Source: Octopus bimaculoides
Taxonomy: Eukaryota
Reading direction: 5' to 3'
DNA: 64,000 bases
Assembly: GCF_001194135.2 (NCBI RefSeq)
Contig: NC_068987.1
Location: 11,332,643 to 11,396,642, forward strand
Position 1 is the stretch's first letter. Each line of letters starts with the position of its first letter. Shown here in pieces: positions 12,450 through 24,270 of the stretch. Position numbers and translations under genes: made by a program. Under the pieces are notes generated by a model. That model saw nothing but the letters and a program-made list of their open reading frames with translations, searched no databases and had not been told where the DNA came from.

Positions 12450-12830
12450 AAGCATGGCTGTGCGGTAAGAAGCTTGCTTCTCAACCACATGGTTCTGGGT
12501 TCAACCCCATTGTGTGGCACCTTAGGCAAGTGTCTTCTATAGTCTCGGGTAGATCAAAGCCTTGTGAGTGGATTTGTTAGATGGAACCTGGAAGAAACCC
12601 ATTGTGTGTGTGTGTGTGTGTGTGTTTGTGTTTGTCTCCTACCACTGCTTAACGACCAATGTTGTTTTGGTTACATACCTGTAACTTAGCAGTTTGGCAT
12701 TAGAGATCAATAGAGTAAGTACCAGACTTCGAAAAAAACATAAGTGCTGGTGTTGATTCATTCGACTAAAACCCCTTTCAAGGTGGTTCCCCAGCATGGC
12801 TGCAGTCCAATGACTGAAACAAGTGAAAGA
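12450..12830 (+). mobile_element. SINE family B, full length
   Basis: CATGGCTGTGCGGTAAGAAGCTTGCTT head through GACTGAAACAAGTGAAAGA tail. Confidence 0.85.
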
Positions 12831-12831
12831 T

Positions 12832-13400
12832 CCCACGAAATGGAGAGGAAACTGTCACAACACACCTACTTCAGGCACCAGTCAAACCTGAGAAAGTGTG
12901 TTGTTGCGTCTCACCAATTCTATGCGTCTTTGTGCCTTTTGATAGAAAGAAACCGGAGGAAGAATGCAGCCTGTGTGTCCTCTTCTAATGTTCATCCACA
13001 CACTCGCTTCCAGAGTCCGACATCAATCAATTTATCTGGTAACCGAACATCACCGAACGTAGGATTAAACCTGCTGCCTTTAGAGCATGCTGATATCTCT
13101 GAACGAAACCATGCATATCAATTATATTTTAAATTCTTCACAAAGCTATTTTCTCTTTTCCTCCCTCGCCAACCACCTAACAGCAATCTAGAGATACTAT
13201 TGAACCTTTGATTCATATCACTTATCAGATTCTGTAGCTTTGCTGCTGTTAACCTATTTAATTCAACCTGCACTGCTTCCCTGTCAGCTTTTGTGTAGGT
13301 AGACGGAATGTATGGCACTTAGATGCAGCTGTAGAGAAAACTGTCAACATAATTTCTCATTTAGCATCTTATACACCTGAATCTCATTTAAAAGTTAATC
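12832..13400 (-). other. Unidentified degenerate coding-like segment, probably a TE relic
   Basis: Non-repetitive, GC-richer block. One minus frame stays largely open (PSTYTKADREAVQVELNRLTAAKLQNLISD...KNLKYN*YAWFRSE...DVGLWKRVCG*TLEED). No family recognised. Confidence 0.3.
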
Positions 13401-13794
13401 CCATTAAATCCACTGATCTGAAAGTTAAGTTAAATCTGTAAATTTCTTTTTCATCGCTGTTTGTTCCCCTCCCGCTAAACACTACCACCACTTCTTCTAC
13501 GACTTCTTCCCTGCCTTCCATTATGTCGTCTTATCATCGTCAGCATCATCTTCATCATTATAGAAACCTTCATTGTGGCTTAGACAAAAGCTATAAAAGT
13601 ATTCTGTCGCAGCTCCCCCCCCCCNNNNNNNNNNATCCCACTTGCTGTTTTCGTTTTGTTTCCTAAATGTTTTCACCATGAAAACAGCCTTAGCTATGCT
13701 CCATGTGTGAGTTAGGTTAGGTGGAATTCATATCAGATATGTTTCTAATATATTTTGCTTTGCTTTCTTCTTTAGATTTGCATTTCATTTTTTA

Positions 13795-14070
13795 ATGACA
13801 TCAGTATTATGTTCGTTATCATTATCATCATCTATTTTTGCATGCTTGCATGAGTCAGAGTTAATTGAGGCAGATTTTTCTATGGCTGGATGCCCTTCCC
13901 GTCATCAACCCTCGTCTCTTTTTAAGCAAGGTAATATTTCTCCACGGCCAAGCATGTTCTCGCAGACTGTTGGAAATGGATGTCACACTGCTTGTATGAC
14001 AGAGACACTCATTTACAGCCATCACATGATGTCAAGACAAGAAGAAACAGACACACACACACACATGTAT
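13795..14070 (-). mobile_element. SINE family G, 3' half
   Basis: TTTTTGCATGCTTGCATGAGTCAG...GGCTGGATGCCCTTCCCGTC...ATCACATGATGTCAAGACAA. Confidence 0.75.
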
Positions 14071-14261
14071 ATATATGTATATATAATCTCAACTAGGTGG
14101 TTATTTCTAAAAGGTGCCTGGTTGTGTTTTATCTTGCAGTCTGTAAATAAGAAAGAAAATTAGATGAATTTACTACATTCTGTCAAATAGTTATCATACG
14201 AAAGTGAGTGAAAACTCACTAATATCCCCCTCCCTCCAATGAACATATTTTATTTAACATA

Positions 14262-14592
14262 CATGGCTGTATAGTTAAGAAGTTTGCTTCCAAACCAAAT
14301 GGTTTCAGGTTCAGGCTCACTCCATGTCACCTTGGGCAAGTGACTTCTACTATAGCCCTGAGCTAACCAAAGCCTCTTGAGTGGATTCGGTAGATGGAAC
14401 CTGAAAGAAGCTTGTTTGTGTTTGTGCATGATGGTGATAGGCTTCTTTCAGTTTCCATCTACCAAATCCACTCACCTGTCTGATTGGCTCCAAGCTATAG
14501 TAGAAGACACTTGCCAAGGACATAGGACATAGGGCAATGGGACTGAACCCCAAACCATGTGGTTTGGAAGCAAGCATCTAAACCATACAGCA
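14262..14592. mobile_element. Two SINE B/G 5' halves in inverted orientation, about 14262-14412 (+) and 14435-14592 (-)
   Basis: ...GGTAGATGGAACCTGAAAGAAGCTTG, a spacer of about 25 nt, then AGGCTTCTTTCAGTTTCCATCTACC... Confidence 0.8.
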
Positions 14593-14846
14593 ATATATAT
14601 GTTAGTTAAAATATGCTTATTTAGAAATATTACTGAGTTTTCACTCAATTTGGTACAATAATTACTTCACGAAAGGAAATAAATTGAGCTAATCTTCTTT
14701 CTTATTATGGACTGCAGGATAAAACAAAACCAGACACCTTTTATAAAGTAACCTAGTTCAGATTTTTAGATCTATAAATCTCTGGTTTTGAAAGAGGTCG
14801 GTTATATATATAACCTAGAAGTGAGAAAATCATTGTAGTTTAATTG

Positions 14847-14977
14847 TACAGGGTGTCCACAAAGTCTGGGTACATGGAGTAAATAAAATCATAACATAAA
14901 CAATTAAATATAAGAAATAATAATTTCTTAAAATATGTGTTAATCCCCATGTATCCAGACTTTGTGGACACTCTGTA
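14847..14977. mobile_element. Tc1/mariner-type MITE with TA TSD
   Basis: TA-CAGGGTGTCCACAAAGTCTGGGTACATGG ... CCATGTATCCAGACTTTGTGGACACTCTG-TA: TIRs of about 29 bp with 2 mismatches. Confidence 0.9.
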
Positions 14978-15024
14978 GTGATGTTATGAGTGAAAGCTTT
15001 CAAAGTTTTGTGACCTCATTCAAG

Positions 15025-15190
15025 TTCATCATTATCATTTAATGTCCATTTTCCATGCTGGCAATCTGGAGGGCTACTCCAGTCTTCCATTTTGATGTAG
15101 TTCCTACAGCTGGATGCCTTGCCTAACGCCTATCACTTTGCAGAGTGTATTGACTGCCTTTACATGGCAACGGTATGTAAAAAGCACCTG
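15025..15190 (-). mobile_element. RTE LINE 3' end fragment
   Basis: CATCATTATCATTTAATGTCCATTTTCCATGCTGG...CAGCTGGATGCCTTGCCTAACGCC. Confidence 0.7.
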
Positions 15191-15758
15191 CATAGTCTTC
15201 AATTGTTATTCTCTATAGTATGTGTGTGCGCATGCTTGCCAGGGAAATAAGTAAGCCGGCACATTTTGGGGACAAGCACTCAGAATTTTACGAAGTTCCA
15301 GTGTTCACATTTCCAGTAACTTTTCGAGAAGATTTTGGTAAATTTCATGGTTTCCGGCTGAAACTAATCTTCAGACTTCATTTGAAGAAGATTAATAAAT
15401 TACTACTACCATACACACTCACTGCTTGTGCATATAAAAACATCCTTTTGAAATTTAAATTCTGTCTGTGACTCGGTGTGTGTAGAAATATTCTTTGTTA
15501 ATGTTTGTCTCATACCAAGAATATTGACTTGGTAATTTACTGCTTAATGTCATTCTCTTGGTGTTTCTTTCAATTTTCTCTCAAATTACAAACAAAACTT
15601 CTTGTTTGTTATAGTCTACTAAAAATATCCTCATTTTAGATGCAAAGTTTTATTATATTATTGGTCTTGGTCTGTATAACCAGTAACAGCTTTTCTGTTA
15701 AGTGGCTGTAAAAGAGAAAAAAAAAAAAATCTATCTGCAATTTGGTGGTGCTTTTTTT

Positions 15759-15798
<40 letters not shown>

Positions 15799-15941
15799 TC
15801 CGGATCTTTCCAATAGATTAGTTGATTGCATTGAAAAATGAATCATTTCCTTCTCACCGTAAGGTGCATGCTGCCAATTCTGCAAATATTTACCGTTATA
15901 AATATTTCCTTTGTTCCACCAACATATATATCTATACATAC

Positions 15942-15999
<58 letters not shown>

Positions 16000-16000
16000 G

Positions 16001-16475
16001 TGGTGGTGGCGAGCTGGCAGAATCGTTAGCATGCTGGACGAAATGCTTAGCGGTATTTCACCTGTCGCTACGTTCTGAGTTCAAATTTCACCGAGGTTGA
16101 CTTTGCCTTTCATCCTTTTGAGATCGATAAAATAAGTACCAGTTATGCATTGGGTTCAATGTAATCGATCCATCCCCACCTCCCCCAAGCTGCCCTTGTG
16201 GCAAAAATTTGAAATAATGATAATAATAATAATAATAATAATAATTATTATTATTATTATTATTATTATCATTATTGAGAAGGCAGCGAGCAGGTGAAAT
16301 ACTTAACAGTATTTTGTCCCTCTTTAAGTTCTAAGTTCAAATTCTGCCGAGGTTTACTTTGCCTTTCATCCTTAAGGGATCAATAAAATTAGTACCAGTT
16401 GAACACTGGTGTCAATTTAATCGACTCATCCCCTCCCCCAAAACTGTTGTCCTTGTGACAAAATTTGAAACCATT
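16001..16475 (+). mobile_element. Two tandem SINE A copies (16001-16215, 16277-16475) embedded in (ATT/AAT)n
   Basis: Near-consensus head GGTGGCGAGCTGGCAGAATCGTTAGC; tails AAAATTTGAAA followed by AAT/ATT repeats. Confidence 0.85.
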
Positions 16476-16851
16476 ATTATTATTGTCAATAGCCAGCTGG
16501 AGAAGGTGTTCTCCTGGGGCTACAAGCTACAGTAGCATTCACCCTTAGTGGTTAGCCGCATTTAAGTGGCAAATATACTTCACATATTATTATTATTATT
16601 ATTATTAATATAGTCTACCAGCCCAGAGTTACCTTAGGTTTCAAAACCACCATCTTATTTAGCACTCATAAGGGATCTATAAGAATTGTAGCATTGAATA
16701 ATTGTCTACAAATATGGATTTCAAAACCTGTGGTGCCCCTAAATGTGCTAGTAGACTATTTTAGTGACAACAGTCAGCTCTGTTGACTATGTAGAGAGCT
16801 CATCTTTCACTTCTGTCTGTCTACAAAAACTTTCAGTGCTATATATATTAT

Positions 16852-17285
16852 CATCATTTAATATCTGTTTTCCATGCTGGCATGGGTTGGACAGTTTGAC
16901 AGGAACTGACCAGCTGAAGGGCTCTCCAGACTCCATGTCTGTTTTGGCACAGTTTCTACAACTGGGTGCTTTTACACAACACCTGCACAGGTGCTTTTTA
17001 CATGGCACCAGCACCTACAAACCCACAAGATTAGGGATGCTCAGCTGGGGAGGGTTGCAAGGGCAACCATGCTTTTACATAGCTTGATGTGCCTTTCCAA
17101 GTGCAGCATACCACCAGGAGTCTCAGTCCCCTGTCATCCCCTCTGTGAGTCCCAATGTCAGTAGATCATTTCTCACCACTTTGCCCCACCTTTTCTAGGA
17201 TCTACCCCTTTCACATGTTCCCTCTCCATTGGAGATTAGCACCACTTGATGCATCTGTCTTCATTCATACACATTACATGGCCAT
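16852..17285 (-). pseudogene. RTE-clade LINE 3' fragment (ORF C-terminus plus 3' UTR), decayed
   Basis: Minus strand reads YGHVMCMNEDRCIKWC* / GTCERGRS*KRWGKVVRNDLLTLGLTEGMT, matching the RTE C-terminal pattern WYGHVMR...RGRP..W, followed by a 3' UTR ending in (GAT)n. Confidence 0.85.
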
Positions 17286-17302
17286 ACTAGGTGTGTGTGT
17301 GT

Positions 17303-17400
17303 GTAGACGCAATGGCCCAGTGGTTAGGGCAGCGGACTCACCGTTTCGATTCTCGCATTGTGAGTGTTTATTGAGTGAAAGCACTCAAAGCTCCATGAGT
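17303..17400 (+). mobile_element. SINE family F head fragment
   Basis: GACGCAATGGCCCAGTGGTTAGGGCAGCGGACTC, the same head as 44774. Confidence 0.75.
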
Positions 17401-17514
17401 ATGTGAGTGTGTATTAGCAATTTCATCTGTACAACTTTGTAAAAAATCTAAATTTATTTACATATGCATAATTTAGTTGGTCATGTACAATAATTATACC
17501 AATAATAATAATAA

Positions 17515-17690
17515 TGCCACAAAGGCAGCAAATTTTAGGGGAGGGGACTAGTCGATTACATCGACTCCAGTGTTTCTCTGGTACTTAATTTATTGACCCA
17601 ACTGAAAGGATGAAAAGCAACATTGACCTCAGTGAAATTTGAACTTAGAATATAGCGGCAAATGAAATACTGCTAAGCATTTCACCCAAT
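17515..17690 (-). mobile_element. SINE family A
   Basis: Reverse complement of the A body and tail. Confidence 0.75.
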
Positions 17691-17936
17691 AATAATAATA
17701 ATGATGATGATGATGATGATGATAGTGATAATAATAATAAAATTTGATCCTAAGAATTTTATAGTTGCCTTTTTTGTTTGGGTTTTTTTTCTTTTTTCTT
17801 TTTTTTTTTGTCGAAGGGACATTTGAGTAATGCAAACACTTATAATTAATTAACCTTTGTTGTGAGAGTATAGTGGTAAGAAGGAAAAAAATGGGTAGAA
17901 TGAAGTGAGATAGGGGTGGGTGGGGGATAGGAGGAA

Positions 17937-17989
<53 letters not shown>

Positions 17990-18701
17990 NNNNNNNNNNN
18001 NNNNNNNNNNNNNNNNNNNNNNNNNNNNNNNNNNNNNNNNNNNNNNNNNNNNNNNNNNNNNNNNNNNNNNNNNNNNNNNNNNNNNNNNNNNNNNNNNNNN
18101 NNNNNNNNNNNNNNNNNNNNNNNNNNNNNNNNNNNNNNNNNNNNNNNNNNNNNNNNNNNNNNNNNNNNNNNNNNNNNNNNNNNNNNNNNNNNNNNNNNNN
18201 NNNNNNNNNNNNNNNNNNNNNNNNNNNNNNNNNNNNNNNNNNNNNNNNNNNNNNNNNNNNNNNNNNNNNNNNNNNNNNNNNNNNNNNNNNNNNNNNNNNN
18301 NNNNNNNNNNNNNNNNNNNNNNNNNNNNNNNNNNNNNNNNNNNNNNNNNNNNNNNNNNNNNNNNNNNNNNNNNNNNNNNNNNNNNNNNNNNNNNNNNNNN
18401 NNNNNNNNNNNNNNNNNNNNNNNNNNNNNNNNNNNNNNNNNNNNNNNNNNNNNNNNNNNNNNNNNNNNNNNNNNNNNNNNNNNNNNNNNNNNNNNNNNNN
18501 NNNNNNNNNNNNNNNNNNNNNNNNNNNNNNNNNNNNNNNNNNNNNNNNNNNNNNNNNNNNNNNNNNNNNNNNNNNNNNNNNNNNNNNNNNNNNNNNNNNN
18601 NNNNNNNNNNNNNNNNNNNNNNNNNNNNNNNNNNNNNNNNNNNNNNNNNNNNNNNNNNNNNNNNNNNNNNNNNNNNNNNNNNNNNNNNNNNNNNNNNNNN
18701 N
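17990..18701. other. Assembly gap (N run); other large gaps at 28970-29636, 32577-32963, 36729-37090 and 40154-40701
   Basis: Runs of N, mostly bordered by (CA)n, (TA)n or poly-T. Confidence 0.99.
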
Positions 18702-18714
18702 CAAGTGAAATTCT

Positions 18715-19110
18715 CTTTTCTCTTTGTCTTTTACTTGTTTCAGTCATTTGACTGTGGCCGTGCTGGAGCACCGCCTTTAGTCAAGCAAATCGACCCCAGG
18801 ACTTATTCTTTGGAAGCCTAGTACTTATTCTATAATTCTCTTTTGCTGAACCGCTAAGTTACAGGGACGTAAACACACCAGTATCAGTTGTCAAGCAACG
18901 TTGGGGAGACAAACGTATACACACACACATACAGATGTATATATACATATATACGACGGGCTTCTTTCAGTTTCCGTTTACCAAATCCATTCACAAGGCT
19001 TTGGTTGGCCTGAGGCTATAGTAGAAGACACTTACCCAAGGTGCCACACAGTGGGACTGAACCCGGAACCATGTGGTTCGTAAGCAAGCTACTTACCACA
19101 CAACCTTTCC
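18715..19110 (-). mobile_element. SINE family B, young full-length copy
   Basis: Near-identical to 7955-8412. Confidence 0.9.
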
Positions 19111-19464
19111 TACACCTATGTGTATTTCTTTTTTTGTTAACTTTTTTTTCTCTTCCGTTATTTATCTCGTCTGTAATGCTTTCGTGTGATTAGTTGAAGG
19201 GAAAGACAAAGAGCAAAACAAAAAGGTGAGAGTGCTGTGTATTAAGTCTATAAAATTGTGCATAGAGTATATAAAGTGTATATATGAAGTGCATTAAGTA
19301 ATCATCGTATTCCAATTTCCTTCACTTTTCAATGATAATCAAACGAATGACTATCTTTTGATACAGGCATTACACAGGCTACACTTTCAGGTTTTTGGGA
19401 TAAAGTTTTCAGAAATAACCCAATAAGTTTACCATTAATTCTGTGAAATATTTATGGGTCCTGC

Positions 19465-19682
19465 TAGTTCATATTATTCTGTCAAATGCACAGCTTATTT
19501 ATTAATATTGTCTTAAATTAATCATGCTTTATCTTTTAGCTTTCGAGATTTTAATAATGTGATTGTTTATTTTTAGAATGGCATTGTAGGGTAGGTGCGA
19601 GAAGCCAGCTATGGCCAGTTTGAACATAAAACAGGTAGAATGATTGGGCCTGATATGCCTGGTTTAAATACTAATGGGTTAA
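19465..19682 (-). mobile_element. piggyBac-like MITE (family E)
   Basis: Reverse complement of the E body; ends TAAATACTAATGGGTTAA. Confidence 0.7.
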
Positions 19683-19740
19683 TTAGTAAAGAGGAGGGGG
19701 TGAATTAATTGAAAACTAATTTCACTTTGGTCAACTAGTT

Positions 19741-19827
19741 CAGCGTTTTTCAAACTTTTTTGTCGCAACCCATTTTATTTATCTCACAATCCACTGAAGG
19801 GCGGGACCCACAGTTTGAAAAATGCTG
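19741..19827. mobile_element. Short hAT-like MITE, with its interior repeated at about 19865-19935
   Basis: TIRs CAGCGTTTTTCAAACT / AGTTTGAAAAATGCTG; no clear TSD. Confidence 0.6.
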
Positions 19828-20009
19828 GTTTATATTTTGCACCCAAAGGATTTTTTCTTTCTTTCCTTCTTTTTTGTCACGACCCATTTTATTTATCTTG
19901 CAAAATGCACTGAAGGGTTAGGGCCCACAGTTGATAAAGGAAAGTTTTGTGAAATTTGACAAAATTTTATTTTGGAAGCTAACGACTGTCACAAACTGTT
20001 CTTTGGTTT

Positions 20010-20775
20010 ATATTTTCTTTTTGTTTTACATGTTTCAATCATTGGACTGCAGCCATGCTGAGACACCACTTTGAAGAGTTTTAGTGAAACACATTGACGC
20101 CAGTACATTTTTTTGTTTCTAAAATTTAGCACTAAATTTTATTAGTCTCTTGCCAAACTGCTAAGCTGCAGGGACATAAACAGGCGAACACCAGTTATCC
20201 AGTGGTGGGACAGACAGACAGACAGACATACACAAACACACACATACACAACAGACTTCCACAGTTTTTAACTACCAAATCCACTCACAATGCATTGATC
20301 AGCCTGAGACTTATTCGAAAATACCTTTGCCCAAGGTGTTGCACAGTGGTATTGAACCTAAAACCGAGATTTCTTTTGCTGCAATATGCAGTTGAATCCA
20401 CTGATTCTACTTCCCTCGAAAATAGTCTCCGTCATCACGAAGATTGCTTCATAACCCCATAGTTTCAGATTCAGTCACATTATGCAGCACCTTGGTCAAG
20501 TATTTTCTGCCACAGCCAGCCCCAGGCCAACCAATGCCCTGTGTGTGCGTTTGGTAGACAGGAGCCAAATAGAAGTTTGTCATGAGTGCATCTTTGTATT
20601 TATCCCCATATTTCTTGGTTTGTTTATGTCTCTCATAACTTTGCAGCTCAGCAAAACTGACCAATGGAATAAGTACCAGCCTTTAAAAAAAAAAATGACG
20701 TACTGGGGTTGGTTTGCTCAGCTAAACCCTTTAAGACAGCTCCCCCATCATGGCTGCAATCCAATGACTGAATCA
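20010..20775. mobile_element. Two diverged SINE B copies head-to-head: about 20010-20385 (-) and 20440-20775 (+)
   Basis: Both carry the B middle and 3' motifs (GCAGCCATGCTG / CATGGCTGCAATCCAATGACTGAA). Confidence 0.7.
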
Positions 20776-20971
20776 AGGAAACGAACAAATATTTGTTCTT
20801 GATCTTTAGATAAAAAAAGGATATGCTTAGAAGTGATTGTCTCCCCCTGAGCAGCAACTCTCTTCTGTTCTGTCTCTCCCACAGTAAGGACTACCACATG
20901 TAGATGAAGACATGTTACATTACGTATCTAATAGCAATAAAACTGAAGTCTAGTTTGGCAATTCTCTTCAT

Positions 20972-21209
20972 TCAACTTTTCAGCATTTAAACCAGTCATA
21001 TCCAGCCTAAGTAATTAATCTGTTTTATGTTCAGACTGACCAGATCTAGCCTCTCACACCTACCCTACAATGTCATTCTAAAAATAAAAAAAACTTAAAC
21101 AATCACATTGTCGAAATCTCCAAGCTGTGAGGTAATGCATGCTTAATTCGAAACGATATGAATAAATAAGCATTACATTTGACAGAGGAATCTGAATGCA
21201 AAGGGCTTA
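20972..21209 (+). mobile_element. piggyBac-like MITE (family E), degenerate ends
   Basis: E body CAGATCTAGCCTCTCACACCTACCCTACAATGTC...GCATTACATTTGACAGAG. Confidence 0.75.
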
Positions 21210-21930
21210 GAGAACTTTTATAAGGAAAACTCTTATGTGTTATTTGTTGTATGCTTGTAAGACATTCTATGGTTTCAAGCTGAGATTGTTTATGTTTTTT
21301 CTTTCAACATTGGAGTGGTATATTGTTATTGTGCAGTTAGTTACGGGGACACACATACACAGGGGTTTTCAAAGTGGTTCAGCAAAGTTAATTAAGGTAT
21401 TGGATTCGTGACTGATGAGTCATAAATCCAAATCCTTCCTTACTTAAGCAGAATATATTGTATCCTTAGGCCAATATTTTATCCTTGATTGTTTTGTTCT
21501 GGGTTAAGATTGGAAAATAAATTCCATACCTATGTAGCTCTTCTTCGAGGAATTGCATGACATGAGAAAGTGCACTGGCTTGTAAACTTAACAGCTTGAA
21601 TAGCAAACAAAAAAACCTGAAACACCAGCTCTATATTTGCAGATTGGTTTGGTTTGTGCCAAGAGATTGCATCAAACCTTGTAAATAAATATACATCGTT
21701 GAATCTATAAGGATGTGAGTTCAAATCCTGCCTGAAGTATAGTGTATTTATGTTCATTGGCTAGATTTATTATTTGCTTCCTTCTCACAAACTGATAAAT
21801 TCATGCTTCTGGTGATGTCACGTTGAACTCAAACCATTCTTAGCAAGTGTTCTGTAACTAGCTGTATTCACATAACATGTCATTCAGCCTTTAGTGAAGC
21901 TCATGAGACAACAAAGACTTGTCTTTAAAC

Positions 21931-22165
21931 CAGGGCTGTGGAGTCGAAACAGAAAACATCAACTCCGACTCCTGTTTATTAAGTGATTGTGGTCTGCATA
22001 TCTCATAAAGCATATGCATACACTTGTACTTTGAGTAGGCCTATATGTTATAACTGGTTTATATTAAAGAATAAAGATACTGTGAGTCAGAGTCTGAGTT
22101 TTACTGACTCCGACTCCAGCTACCCCTTAATTGTTTCTGACTCCGATTCTGACTCCACAGCCCTG
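21931..22165. mobile_element. hAT-type MITE with a perfect 8-bp TSD
   Basis: CTTTAAAC at 21923-21930 and 22166-22173. TIRs CAGGGCTGTGGAGTC / GACTCCACAGCCCTG (15 bp perfect); subterminal GACTCC repeats. Confidence 0.93.
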
Positions 22166-22337
22166 CTTTAAACTGTGGGTTATATTAAGGATGATTCAGA
22201 AATTTCGTCTCCACCCCTCTCTCTCTCTCTCTTTCTAAATATATAAGGGTGTTCATAAATTATCTTTACGACTTCCATAATTTACTGTTTCTATTAAAGT
22301 TGAGAGCCAATCACTCAATCAACTTCTTCGCATATTG

Positions 22338-22552
22338 GTTTCAAATTTTGGCACAATGCCAGCAATTTCAGGGAGGTGATAAGTCAAATTACATCTACCC
22401 CTGTGCTCAGCTGGCACTCTTTTATTAATCCCAAAAGGTTGAAAGGCAAAAATCAACCTCTGCAGAATTTGAACTCGGAACATAAAGAACAAAATACCAC
22501 TAAGCATTTGGCCCAGTGTGCTGACAGTTCTGCCGGCTAATTACTGCCTTAA
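22338..22552 (-). mobile_element. SINE family A, adjacent to a probable Tc1/mariner end (TAAGGGTGTTCATAAATT, about 22224)
   Basis: Reverse complement of the A consensus with the GAAACC tail. Confidence 0.8.
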
Positions 22553-22899
22553 TATTAAGTAAACCTTATTAAAGTTTTAATTCATTTACCTGTGTTTCCC
22601 AATAAATTCTGCTAAGTTGTGCTTGTTTCTCTCTTTTTTTTTTATTTATTTAGTTTTTCAAACTGTAAAGGTAATTTATGGCCACCCTGCATATATAGAT
22701 AGGTAGATAGATAGATCATCGTTGTTTTATATCTGCTGTTTAATGTTTGCACAGGTTAGAAGGGTTCTTTAAGGCAACATTTTCCAATCAGAGATGCCCT
22801 CTCTGTCACCAACCCTTTTTAATTGCCTCCCATGGCACACTGGGACAAGGTACACCTTTTCTAAAACCTGTATTGTTGTCATGTATTGTACAACTGCAG

Positions 22900-23100
22900 A
22901 GCATCAATGATGCTACAACAAATGTCTTTCCAGTTTAGCATGAGTTGCTCTAGCTGCCTTGCTATTTCTTGTCCAGCCAGCTCATAATATTGTCCATCCA
23001 TTGCATTCTTTGTCTGCCGCTTGATCTACTGCTCTTTACTCTTCCTTCCATGATAATGTTTTCCTGACTTCCTGCTTCTTCGAATAAAGCCAAAATAGAC
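22900..23100 (-). pseudogene. RTE/BovB-like LINE C-terminal fragment
   Basis: Minus strand reads YFGFIRR / ENIIMEGRVKSSRSSGRQRMQWMDNI, matching the RTE motif LKYFGH..R...LEK.IMEG..EG.R.RGR.R.RW.D.I. Confidence 0.8.
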
Positions 23101-23163
23101 GAGCTTTTACACTGATAAACACATAGACTCGCGCGCGTGTGTGTGTGTGTGCATGAGCATTCT

Positions 23164-23200
23164 ATGATGAAAGCTATTAAGCCGAAACTTCGAAGTCTCT
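23164..23200 (+). ncRNA. Decayed minimal type I hammerhead ribozyme motif (Penelope-like)
   Basis: (A)TGATGA-A-AGCT-ATTA-AGCC-GAA-ACTT-CG-AAGT-C. Core C3 is mutated, stem II is present, stem III is the palindrome ACTTCGAAGT, and the cleavage triplet is GTC. Confidence 0.55.
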
Positions 23201-23884
23201 CTCAATACTTTGCCTTGTTAAAATAAATGTGATCCATCAATTAATGATCGATGGCTTTTATATAACTATACATAAAACAAACATTAGGAGGGTGTGTGTG
23301 TCTGTGTGTCACATACACACACATCCCATTATAAATTTGAAAATCAATACATACATGGACTTCACTATTTAATAATAGCCCTTACTATATATATATTCCT
23401 GCAGCAAGGTACCAATTCTTAAACTGATATTACTTGACAATATCTACCAAACTTACTAATAGCCAATATAATTTTCCAAAATAAGTTGTTGTTGTTGTTG
23501 TAGTTTTTTTTATTTTTATTTTTATTTTTGATATTTTTATTATCTCAGGTTAACTGTAACGATTGTCTTTATTGCATTTTCTCTCATTAAATGCAGAAAT
23601 GGTAACTCAATAGCTTTTATGGAAATAACGCTAGATGAGTGTATTGATGTCTGGTTTTATAAATAAGTTGGTTATTCATACGGACATTGTTAATGAAGCT
23701 AGTTGTAATTCTAACACCTTTTTCTAAACAAAAAAACAAAACAAAAAAAAATATGGTTCAGCCACTAAAGTTTTAGTCTAGGTGTTGTTAGGAGATGTTT
23801 TGTAGTTAAACTCGGTCGAGGTACATCCAGGACATGCCAGCAGTAGATCAAACACATAAGAGATTATGACTACGAAATGAACAG

Positions 23885-24270
23885 ATGCAGGTTTAGCTGT
23901 GTGGTTAAGAAACTCGCTTAGCATCCACATAGTTTCAAGTTCAATCTCACTGTGTGGTGTACCTTTTGACAAGAGTCTTCTCCTTTAGCTCCAGACTGGC
24001 TAATATCTTGCGAGTGAATTTGGTAGGCAGAAGCGATGTGGAAGCCTGTTGTGTGTGCGTGTACGTATGTATGTATATGTGTGTGTCTTTGTCTTCCACT
24101 TGACAAACAGTATTGGTTTGTGTCTCCATAACTTCGTGGTTCAGCGATAGTCTGATAAAATATGTACGAGACTTTTTAATAAGTACTGGGGTTGATCTGT
24201 TGGACGAGAACCATTCAAGACAGTGCTCCAGCATGGCCACTGTCCAATGAATGAAAAGAGTGAAAGAAAG
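23885..24270 (+). mobile_element. SINE family B, diverged
   Basis: B head and 3' end GTGCTCCAGCATGGCCACTGTCCAATGAATGAAA. Confidence 0.75.

Noticed and set aside
17629-18771. Long ORFs spanning N runs (also around 28895-29914, 32498-33017, 36409-37230, 40062-40745)
   Set aside because: They are open only because N translates to X.
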